DNA of 28,569 nt from assembly GCA_037131475.1 (NCBI GenBank), contig JBAXQZ010000001.1, positions 1 to 28,569 of the forward strand, read 5' to 3'. Made by a program: the position numbers and the translations under genes. The notes under the pieces are model-generated. The model searched no databases and had not been told where the DNA came from. It saw only the letters and a program-made list of their open reading frames with translations. Shown one piece after another: positions 18,519-26,283 of this stretch. The stretch is from a bacterium. Its GTDB lineage: Bacteria; Patescibacteriota; UBA1384; XYA2-FULL-43-10; 1-14-0-10-43-13. The stretch's first letter is position 1, and every line of letters begins with the position of its first letter.

Positions 18519-18808
18519 TTTTAGGATAAATTCACGGAAAATTATTGCTTAACTGTTATTTTGCCCTTAACTTTGGGGAACTCGGAGTCTGTCGTGCGTG
18601 AAGTTAAAAGAATGCGATTAGCAGGGAAAAGATGGTTTCCTTTTCTGCTGCCCCCTTATTATCCCCCTAAACTAGGGGAGAATAGAACAATTTATATTTA
18701 TAATTAATATTTTAATTTGATGTTTCTATCTGGGTGTGATACAAAGAGTGCAAGTTCGAAGTTGTGGTGACGCTACAATTTCGGCAAAAATGAAGGAGGG
18801 CTGATGTT

Positions 18809-19279
18809 ATGCCCGAAAATAGCGCATATGTGGAAGTCAAAATCAATCTGGCGGAGCCAGGAACTGGTACTTTTACATATTTTCCAGAACTTGGAAACTA
18901 TGCTCCCATTGACATCGATTGGTCTGTCGACCGTCAAGGAAAGATTGAGCTATCCGTATACTGCGATGGAATACGGATGTGGAGATTTCAACCGATCGAC
19001 GCCAGATTTGAAGAAACTGGTAAAGACGAGGCACGAAACAGAGAGATATTAGTCTCCAGATATATCGTCCACGCCAAGGAAATCTTGAGAGTCGAGGACA
19101 AATCGCTGCCCGTATTCCGAGACAGCGGAGAGGATGTCATCTTGACAACGGCCGAACGAACCCTGACAGGAGAAGCAATAATCAGAGTGGATGTTTCTCC
19201 CTGTCACCTCAAACCAATCAGTGAATTGGTTGAATGGCTAAGATTGACATATCTGACAGAGACACCGAGCGGAGACTGA
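18809..19279 (+). CDS. Hypothetical protein (156 aa)
   Basis: AAGGAGG SD 9 nt upstream of the ATG; fills the gap before the pnp terminator. No family recognised. Confidence 0.65.
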   Translation: MPENSAYVEVKINLAEPGTGTFTYFPELGNYAPIDIDWSVDRQGKIELSVYCDGIRMWRFQPIDARFEETGKDEARNREILVSRYIVHAKEILRVEDKSLPVFRDSGEDVILTTAERTLTGEAIIRVDVSPCHLKPISELVEWLRLTYLTETPSGD

Positions 19280-19324
19280 GCAGATGCTCAGAGCACGTTT
19301 CCACTTTTATCTCAAAAATACCTA

Positions 19325-19356
19325 AATGGCTCAGCGCATGATTGCGCTGAGCCGTT
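19325..19356. terminator. Hairpin terminator between the convergent orphan gene and pnp
   Basis: Perfect 11-bp stem GGCTCAGCGCA / TGCGCTGAGCC with a 4-nt loop; short T tracts. Confidence 0.7.
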
Positions 19357-19387
19357 GATCGTTCTATAGTACGAATAATATTCGTGG

Positions 19388-21523
19388 TTATTTCTGTTCA
19401 ACACCCTTCATAGTGAGGCCGATGCGGCCTTTGGCTGAGTCGACTTCCGCGACTCTGACAGTCACAATTTGACCAATTTTGAGCTTGTCCGAAACTCGTT
19501 CAACTCTTTCGGTCGAGATTTGAGAGATGTGAATCATACCGTCTTGTTTGGGTGAGATGGCGAAGATTGCGCCGATCTCTTTGCCCGTCATACGATCTTT
19601 CTTGATATCTAAAATCTCACCAGTCATAATCTCGCCTACTTTGACTTCTCGAGTCATAGCCTTAATCATGGAAATAGCCTTCTCACTCATTTCTGGATCA
19701 ATCGATGAGATCATTACTGTGCCGTCGTCTTCGATATCGATGCTACAAATCTCTTTGCCACCGCACTCTTCGACTAACTTCTTGATATTTTTGCCACCAG
19801 GTCCGATCAATTCGCCGATCTTGTCTGGATTGATCTTGATTGATTCGATACGTGGAGCATATTTGGAGATTTGCTCACGAGGTGCAGGAATAACGCCGAG
19901 CATCACATCCATAATCTCGAGGCGACCTTTGTGTGCTTGTGCTAGAGTGTCTCGGATAATATCGTAAGTAAGACCCTCTATCTTTGTGTCCATTTGTATC
20001 GCAGTAATACCATCAACGGTACCAGCTACTTTGAAATCCATATCGCCGGCAAAATCTTCGAGACCTTGAAGGTCAGAGAGAACCTTATACTCTGAAGCAT
20101 CTGGGCTAGTCACTAGACCCATAGCAATACCAGAAACTGGCTTCTTGATAGGTACGCCAGCATCCATCAGGGCGAGAGTCGAGCCACAAGTCGCAGCCAT
20201 CGAGCTGGAGCCATTGGAGCTAAGGATCTCAGAAACAAGACGAATGGTATATGGAAATGACTCAGAATCAGGAATCATTGGCTTCAATGCTTTCTCGGCG
20301 AGATAGCCATGACCAACTTCGCGACGACCGACGCCACGAACTGGGCGAACTTCACCAGTAGAAAATGGAGGGAAATTGTAGTGATGCATGAAACGCTTGG
20401 TGGATTCACCTTCCATGGTGTCAATCAACTGCTCCATACCTGGTGAAGCGAGAGTCGCGATAGTAAGGGCCTGAGTCTGACCACGAGTAAACAGAGCAGA
20501 GCCATGAGGACGTGGTAGGACGCCAACTTCAACACCAAGAGCACGGATTTCTTCTATACCTCGACCATCTGGGCGTATGCCCTCTTCTAGGATCAAGCGG
20601 CGGATTTCCTTCTCAACAATCTTGGCAAAAGCACCTTTGATTTCAACTTGCTTGTAATTGCCCTCTAATGATTCAAGGACTTCTGCTTCATAGGCTTTGA
20701 GCTTTGCCTCTCGAGCGATTTTATCCATCTCAGCAAGTGCGTCTTTGATCTTCTGAGCTGCAAGATTGTAAACTTCGGCGTGCAAAGCAGCAATCGGGCT
20801 CTCCCCTTCTGCGGCGACCATTCTTTCGTGGTCTTTGGCAATCTGATGTTGAATTTCAATCACAGCTTGCATTGCCTTGTGCCCGAATTCGATACCCTTG
20901 AAGACATCTTCTTCGGATACTTCATTGGCCTCTGTCTCGATCATCATCACACGCTCGCTAGTAGCAGCAAATGAAAGATTGAGAGTGGACTTGTCAGAGG
21001 TTTCTTCATCCATATTGAGAACAAATTTGCCATCGACTAGGCCGACATTAATAGCGGCGATAGGTCCTTTGAATGGGGCGCAAGTCTGCATTAAAGCAGA
21101 TGAAGCGGCAACTGTGCCGATAATACTTGGGTCGATTGAACCATCATACGATAGTGTGGTAACGATAATCTGAACATCACTTCGATAGCTCTTTGGGAAA
21201 AGTGGTCGAATCGGACGATCAATCTTGCGACCAGCCAAAACGGCTGCATCAGAAGGACGACCTTCACGTTTGATAAATCGACTGCCAGAAATTTTACCAG
21301 CAGCATAAAAACGCTCCTCGTACTCAACCATGAGTGGGAAATAGTCCATCCCGTCACGTGGTTCGGCATTAACACAAACCGTAGCAAGAACGATAGTGTC
21401 CTTGTAGCGAGCGGTGATTGAGCCATGTGCGAGACCGGCAAATTTGCCTGTCTCAAGAATGAGCTTCTCTCCGCCAAAATCAACCTCGTAAGAACGAGTT
21501 TGAAATTCCATTTTTTTGATCAT
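19388..21523 (-). CDS. pnp: Polyribonucleotide nucleotidyltransferase (PNPase)
   Basis: FPLMVEY.E, RPIRPLFP, HGSALFTRGQTQ, RREVGHG, SNGSSSMA, GDMDFKVAG, then KH and S1 domains. Confidence 0.99.
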   Translation of the reverse strand: MIKKMEFQTRSYEVDFGGEKLILETGKFAGLAHGSITARYKDTIVLATVCVNAEPRDGMDYFPLMVEYEERFYAAGKISGSRFIKREGRPSDAAVLAGRKIDRPIRPLFPKSYRSDVQIIVTTLSYDGSIDPSIIGTVAASSALMQTCAPFKGPIAAINVGLVDGKFVLNMDEETSDKSTLNLSFAATSERVMMIETEANEVSEEDVFKGIEFGHKAMQAVIEIQHQIAKDHERMVAAEGESPIAALHAEVYNLAAQKIKDALAEMDKIAREAKLKAYEAEVLESLEGNYKQVEIKGAFAKIVEKEIRRLILEEGIRPDGRGIEEIRALGVEVGVLPRPHGSALFTRGQTQALTIATLASPGMEQLIDTMEGESTKRFMHHYNFPPFSTGEVRPVRGVGRREVGHGYLAEKALKPMIPDSESFPYTIRLVSEILSSNGSSSMAATCGSTLALMDAGVPIKKPVSGIAMGLVTSPDASEYKVLSDLQGLEDFAGDMDFKVAGTVDGITAIQMDTKIEGLTYDIIRDTLAQAHKGRLEIMDVMLGVIPAPREQISKYAPRIESIKINPDKIGELIGPGGKNIKKLVEECGGKEICSIDIEDDGTVMISSIDPEMSEKAISMIKAMTREVKVGEIMTGEILDIKKDRMTGKEIGAIFAISPKQDGMIHISQISTERVERVSDKLKIGQIVTVRVAEVDSAKGRIGLTMKGVEQK

Positions 21524-21564
21524 AGAATCCTCTCAGTGAGAGCAATCTCCAAAATCCAATTTTC

Positions 21565-21588
21565 AACCTGTCTGCCGGCAGGCAGGTT
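21565..21588. repeat. 24-bp near-perfect palindrome AACCTGTCTGCCGGCAGGCAGGTT in the pnp leader
   Basis: Self-complementary except for one T/G pair; embedded in a CAATNTY-like heptamer tract (21543-21566). Confidence 0.85.
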
Positions 21589-21690
21589 TCCAACCAATCT
21601 TAAGTCGCTAATATCATTAGAAGCTTAAGGTTGACTGGTAATCAGAAATCAGAAATCTAAACTCTCATTATTTTATTAATTTACAAAGAA

Positions 21691-21720
21691 CAAGTCGCCC
21701 CGACATATTGGGACGACTTG
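21691..21720 (-). terminator. Terminator or attenuator between rpsO and pnp
   Basis: Minus strand CAAGTCGTCCC-aatatgtc-GGGGCGACTTG (11 bp, one G-U) followed by TTCTTTGT, 12 nt after the rpsO stop. Confidence 0.7.
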
Positions 21721-21732
21721 CATCATCATAGA

Positions 21733-21996
21733 TTATCTCTTGAGGCCGAGATCGGCAATAAGTTTTTGGTATTTTTCCTCTTCGTTCTTCTTGAGGTAGT
21801 TTAGCAATCGACGTCTTTTGCCAACCATCATCAATAGACCGCGTCTCGAATCAAAGTCCTTCTTGTGAGATTGTAAATGCTTCGTCAGATCGGAAACTTT
21901 CTTGGTCAGAATCGCGATTTGTACTTCAGTCGAACCAGTGTCGTTTTTGTGTGTCTGATACTTGGCGATCAGATCGTCTTTTTTGGTCTCTGCCAT
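21733..21996 (-). CDS. rpsO: 30S ribosomal protein S15
   Basis: [37 protein letters not shown]; 87 aa. Confidence 0.99.
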   Translation of the reverse strand: MAETKKDDLIAKYQTHKNDTGSTEVQIAILTKKVSDLTKHLQSHKKDFDSRRGLLMMVGKRRRLLNYLKKNEEEKYQKLIADLGLKR

Positions 21997-22004
21997 AAAT
22001 TTTC

Positions 22005-22113
22005 AGCCAGCAGGCGAAGCAAAGTTTCAAATTAAAAATTAAAAGTCAGAAGCCGATACTCAAAATCGGAGATGACTGATAATAATTAAGTAGAGACTAG
22101 CCTTGCGCTGGTT
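22005..22113 (-). promoter_or_regulatory. Candidate structured rpsO 5' leader
   Basis: On the mRNA strand, CCAGC-gca-AGGC (22111-22100) can pair with GCCT-GCTGG (22015-22007), enclosing a hairpin at 22044-22077. It ends about 10 nt before the AUG. Confidence 0.4.
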
Positions 22114-22267
22114 TCTCCCTTTATTAATAATTGTTTAAATTGTACATTATTTTCGTGAAAAAAACAAGAGGCAGAAAGAAGCGATTGTTTGCTCGTAGTA
22201 GTATTTATCCTTGGGACTTGAATATCTCGCGCAGCATAAATAATAATGATAATTTAAAATGAGGGAT

Positions 22268-22376
22268 GTCATCCTGAGATATCGAATGATCCTGTCATAA
22301 GCGCGAGCGCATCAAGAATACTAATCTTTAATAATTTAGCCGCCAGATCCTGAAATTAATTCAGGATGACGAACAA
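22268..22376. repeat. Palindromic MITE/REP-like element A
   Basis: Perfect 10-bp terminal inverted repeats GTCATCCTGA / TCAGGATGAC; internal hairpin ATCCTGAA-attaa-TTCAGGAT; 49/60 identical core to element B at 28403-28462. Confidence 0.88.
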
Positions 22377-22393
22377 GAACAAAAAAGGGCTGA

Positions 22394-23548
22394 CTAACCT
22401 CTCTTCTTGTTTGAATCTTGAGAGCTTTTAATCTTTTGAATAATGGAATCTGAGGCTTCGGCTAGTGTCTTGTTCTTGAGCTGGAATGCAGCTGCTAGCT
22501 CATGCCCACCGCCGCCAAAGAGAGTGGCGATTGCACGCACATCCTTGTGCTTGTCAGTTGATCGCAAAGAACCGTGGACATCACTACCCTTTTCCGTTAA
22601 AAGCAGGGCGAAATCAACGCCTGAGGCAGTTTTGAGTAGCTCATCGATCACACCCGAGGATTCGGTTTCGGCGGCGCCTACTTCGAGAAAGTCAGTGCTG
22701 CGCAATTCGGTCCAGACAAAATTGTAATTTTTCTCATCACGAAGATTAGCAAGCGCCCTACCCCAGAGGCGAAGTGTCGAGAGAGCTCTGGTCTTGTAGA
22801 TTTTCTTGATAATGTCCTGCTGACGAGCGCCCGAAGCGACCAGTTGTGCCGCTACGGTCAGAGATTTTGGTGTTGTGTTGAGATTTTGGAAAGAATTTGT
22901 ATCTGTAATGATACCTGTCAAAAGGGCTGTAGCAATATCATCAACGATAAACTTAGGGTCGCCGGTCAGAGCCTCGATAATTGAGACGAGGATTTCACAG
23001 GTAGAGGTGGCGGTGATATCGACTAAATTTATTTTGCCGAAATAATCATTTCCGGCATGATGATCGATATTGATCACTGGTAGTTCATAGAATAACTCAG
23101 AATTTTTCTCGTAGATAGAGCCCAAACGTTCAAAATCTGGTGAGTCGAGAACGACGATTGCTTCAGAATTGAACCCACCGTCGCTAAATTTGACTTGGTT
23201 TTGTTCATATTTTCCGTTTTTGGGAGTAATGACGATATCAAGTGTATTGTCCTTGATTTTGTACATTATTTTGTCTGGCTTTGTCTTGGAGATATCAACT
23301 GAGATAATAAAATCACGCGTACCGGAGAATTTCGTAGTGATCTTGTCTAGCTCGGGTAAAAAATCATAGATAGTGGCAGCAGGATCATTGCAGACAGCAA
23401 TCACCTCTTTGCCCATTTTTTTGAGTGAAAGATAAAGCGCCAAAATGCTTCCGATTGCATCACCATCGGGATTTTTGTGAGTCAGAAGAAGAATTTTTTG
23501 CTTATTCCTCAGAACATCAAGAACTTGTTGTTTTGGCGTTAATTCCAT
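22394..23548 (-). CDS. nrnA: DHH/DHHA1 phosphoesterase (NrnA-like oligoribonuclease / pAp phosphatase)
   Basis: THKNPDGDAIGS, VVLDS, INIDHH, LLTGIITDTNSF, GSLRS, GGGHELAAA. Confidence 0.9.
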   Translation of the reverse strand: MELTPKQQVLDVLRNKQKILLLTHKNPDGDAIGSILALYLSLKKMGKEVIAVCNDPAATIYDFLPELDKITTKFSGTRDFIISVDISKTKPDKIMYKIKDNTLDIVITPKNGKYEQNQVKFSDGGFNSEAIVVLDSPDFERLGSIYEKNSELFYELPVINIDHHAGNDYFGKINLVDITATSTCEILVSIIEALTGDPKFIVDDIATALLTGIITDTNSFQNLNTTPKSLTVAAQLVASGARQQDIIKKIYKTRALSTLRLWGRALANLRDEKNYNFVWTELRSTDFLEVGAAETESSGVIDELLKTASGVDFALLLTEKGSDVHGSLRSTDKHKDVRAIATLFGGGGHELAAAFQLKNKTLAEASDSIIQKIKSSQDSNKKRG

Positions 23549-23578
23549 AGGGATTCTTTAGTTTTTTTAGGACACTAG

Positions 23579-23607
23579 AATATAAGCCAGAATCAGCCAA
23601 ATGTCAA
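23579..23607 (-). promoter_or_regulatory. sigma70-type promoter for the DHH gene
   Basis: Minus strand TTGACA (23607-23602), 17 nt, TATATT (23584-23579). Confidence 0.6.
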
Positions 23608-23735
23608 GGGGAAATTTCAACTTATCACAATTTCAAATAGCTTTGAGATATTTGGTCATCAATAGCCTCATCTTTTATTCACAAATATTTTGTTATATAA
23701 TATCTATAAATACATCTTTATTAAAAAAGGATTTT

Positions 23736-24179
23736 ATGAAAGAAAAAAAGCTTTATCGAAGTTGCAAGGACAAGGTTGTAGGGGGCGTTTGTGGAGGACT
23801 TGGTGAGTATTTTGATGTCGATCCAATTCTAATCCGCTTGGCAGTTATACTGTTTACTTTTGCTGGTGGCGCTGGCGTTGTTTTCTATATCATCGCTTGG
23901 ATCATTATTCCCCAGGATCCAATGTGCGAAAATGCCAAAGAAGGTGCTGAGGAGATCAAGGCCCATGCTCAAAACATTGCCAAGGAAATTAAAAAAACCG
24001 TGGAAGAAAGAGGGAGCCAACATGGAGACAACCGGCTACTTTTTGGCGCAATTATCGTAATAATCGGCGCACTTTTCCTACTTCAGAATCTTTTCAACAT
24101 TAATTTATGGTCAAATTTCTGGCCCATAGTTTTGATAATTTTGGGCTTATATTTCATGCTAAAAAGCAATAGAAGATAA
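23736..24179 (+). CDS. pspC: PspC domain protein with C-terminal LiaI/DUF5668-like TM hairpin
   Basis: KKLYRS..DKVVGGVCGGLGEYFDVDPILIRL...Y..AWIIIP. Start reassigned from 23601 to ATG 23736 (AAGGA upstream). Confidence 0.9.
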   Translation: MKEKKLYRSCKDKVVGGVCGGLGEYFDVDPILIRLAVILFTFAGGAGVVFYIIAWIIIPQDPMCENAKEGAEEIKAHAQNIAKEIKKTVEERGSQHGDNRLLFGAIIVIIGALFLLQNLFNINLWSNFWPIVLIILGLYFMLKSNRR

Positions 24180-24187
24180 GGAGTACG

Positions 24188-25093
24188 ATGAATAAAAGTC
24201 GTTTTTTGAGCGGAACATTTTTCCTCTTTATTGGCTTTGTCTTACTTGGCACAAACCTACATTGGTGGAATATCGATGTTTGGAACGTATTGTTTGCCTT
24301 CTGGCCGTTGATTTTGATCCTGATCGGATTGGCTATGATTATCCGTAATAATGTTGTTATGACGATAATAGCATTTGCGATGATCGTGGCGATTTTGTTG
24401 ATAACAAAAACAAATCCCAATCTTGTTGATAATGGCTCTTTTCACTTTTTTAACAACGAGCCACTTACCAGTGAACTTTCTTCGAAACCGCTTGAAACCA
24501 ATACTACTACCGCCAAATTTAATATTGATTTGGGCGCCTTAAATATTACTACCAGAGAGTTGCCGAGCGATTCGCCCGACCTATTCACAAGCACTTCAAA
24601 ACTAAACAAAAATCTGAAAATCGAAGAGCATTTTACAAATAATGTTAAGGAAATTAATTTTAGCGAAGATATTGCAACCTCGACTTTTTCGAAAGAAAAT
24701 CGCGAATTTAATCTCAATCTCACGCAATTAATACCCATCGAAATCAATTTGAAAACTGGAGCATCCAAAGCTGACCTTGATTTCCGAAAATTGCAAATCA
24801 CGAAATTGAATATCGATTCAGGAGCGAGCGCAAGCGATATTAGCTTTGGCTCACTCGTCAAATCAGTTGAAACCACCATCAACACCGGCGCTTCAAAATA
24901 TACTATTAACATCCCCAAAGAATACGCGATTAATATTATCTCCGATTCAGGCTTACTCGCTCAAAATTTTTCATCTTTAAATCTTGAAAAAACTGAGAAT
25001 AACTATAAGAGCCGAGATTGGGAGAGCAATGACAAGAAAATGAAATTTAATTTTTCGGCTGGTGTTTCAAAGATAGATATTTTGCAATATTAA
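24188..25093 (+). CDS. LiaF-like membrane protein (DUF5668-like TM region plus beta-rich extracellular domain)
   Basis: G.FFL.IG..LL..NL.W......FWPLILI.IG TM pattern; repeated GAS/GAG..I beta motifs in the C-terminal half. SD AGGAG. Confidence 0.75.
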   Translation: MNKSRFLSGTFFLFIGFVLLGTNLHWWNIDVWNVLFAFWPLILILIGLAMIIRNNVVMTIIAFAMIVAILLITKTNPNLVDNGSFHFFNNEPLTSELSSKPLETNTTTAKFNIDLGALNITTRELPSDSPDLFTSTSKLNKNLKIEEHFTNNVKEINFSEDIATSTFSKENREFNLNLTQLIPIEINLKTGASKADLDFRKLQITKLNIDSGASASDISFGSLVKSVETTINTGASKYTINIPKEYAINIISDSGLLAQNFSSLNLEKTENNYKSRDWESNDKKMKFNFSAGVSKIDILQY

Positions 25094-25144
25094 TGCTATC
25101 GTTGTAACAATATAAAATAAATTGGTATTTGAGGAGAACTAAAA

Positions 25145-26221
25145 ATGTATGCAGTAATTATGGCCGGTGGCCAAGGCGCCAGACTCTGGCCACTTTCGAG
25201 ACAGAAAAAACCAAAGCAACTTCATTCTTTTGCTGGGGATAAGCCACTCGTCCGAGAGACTTATGAGCGTTTGACCAAGAAATTCGCTGACAAAGATATT
25301 ATCGTCTCGACAACGCCAGAATTTGTTGATGAGATCAAGAAGATGCTCCCGGAAATTTGCGACGAAAATTATATCGTCGAGCCAAAGCCGATGAATACCG
25401 CGCCTGCTTGTGGCTTGGTGTCGAAGATTTTGAATATGCGTGATCCTAACTCCTCTGTGATTTTTCTCCCAAGTGACCACATGATCACTGAAAATAAGAA
25501 ATTCTTGCATATTCTTGATTATGCCGACCAAATGATTGAAAAATATCCAGAACATATCATCACGATTGGCATCAATCCGACTCGACCTGACACTGGGCTT
25601 GGCTATATTCAGATGGATTCACAAATCGACAATCACAATGATCTGAAGACTTTCTCAGTTAAACGATTCGTGGAAAAACCCAATCTAGAAAAGGCCGAGG
25701 AATATCTTCATTCATGGGAGTACCTCTGGAATGCTGGTATGTTTGTCTGGAAGACCAGATTTATCCTCGAGCTTTTCGAGACAAATTTACCTGAAACATA
25801 TCGCGCTTTGGAAGCAATCGCCGGGGCAGTTGGAAGTGAAAATGAAGCGGAAGTGATCAAAAAAGAATATCTCAAAGTCGACAAGATTTCGATTGATTAT
25901 GGAATCATCGAGAAGACAAATAATTTGTTGGTGATCCCTGGCAATTTTGGTTGGAGCGACATCGGCTCTTGGGGCACGCTCCTCCAAGTACTTTCAGAGA
26001 TGCATGAAACAGAGGTAATCTCAAAGGGAAATCATATCGGTATCAATGACGCAAATTGTCTAATCTTGGCAGGCGAAAAATTAATCGCGACTGTGGGACT
26101 ATCAAATACAGTTATCATTGACACTCCGGACGCACTGCTAGTCTGCAACAGCGAAAAATCACAAGACGTCAAAGAGCTTCTAAACAAATTCAAAGCTGAC
26201 GGCAAACATTTGTACCTCTAA
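25145..26221 (+). CDS. manC: Mannose-1-phosphate guanylyltransferase (monofunctional, no PMI cupin domain)
   Basis: VIMAGGQGARLWPLSR..PKQ, EP.PMNTAPA, PSDH, FVEKP, WNAGMF, SIDYGIIEK, WSDIGSW. Confidence 0.93.
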   Translation: MYAVIMAGGQGARLWPLSRQKKPKQLHSFAGDKPLVRETYERLTKKFADKDIIVSTTPEFVDEIKKMLPEICDENYIVEPKPMNTAPACGLVSKILNMRDPNSSVIFLPSDHMITENKKFLHILDYADQMIEKYPEHIITIGINPTRPDTGLGYIQMDSQIDNHNDLKTFSVKRFVEKPNLEKAEEYLHSWEYLWNAGMFVWKTRFILELFETNLPETYRALEAIAGAVGSENEAEVIKKEYLKVDKISIDYGIIEKTNNLLVIPGNFGWSDIGSWGTLLQVLSEMHETEVISKGNHIGINDANCLILAGEKLIATVGLSNTVIIDTPDALLVCNSEKSQDVKELLNKFKADGKHLYL

Positions 26222-26237
26222 TTTATTTAAATTTGAG

Positions 26238-26267
26238 AATTTTTAATTTCTAATTTTTATTTCCTAA
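26238..26267. repeat. Heptamer tract (AATTTYT)n between manC and manB
   Basis: aattttt aatttct aattttt atttcct. Confidence 0.6.
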
Positions 26268-26283
26268 GAAAAGAGGAACTTTT

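Noticed and set aside
8294-21523. Inteins or introns in recA, ftsK or pnp
   Set aside because: All have normal lengths and contiguous motifs.
22140-22267. Possible ncRNA or tRNA in the nrnA-rpsO spacer
   Set aside because: No cloverleaf, T-loop (GTTCRA) context or convincing stems outside element A.
23601-23735. 45-aa N-terminal extension of PspC
   Set aside because: It overlaps the divergent promoter region and is AT-rich; the PspC domain starts at ATG 23736.
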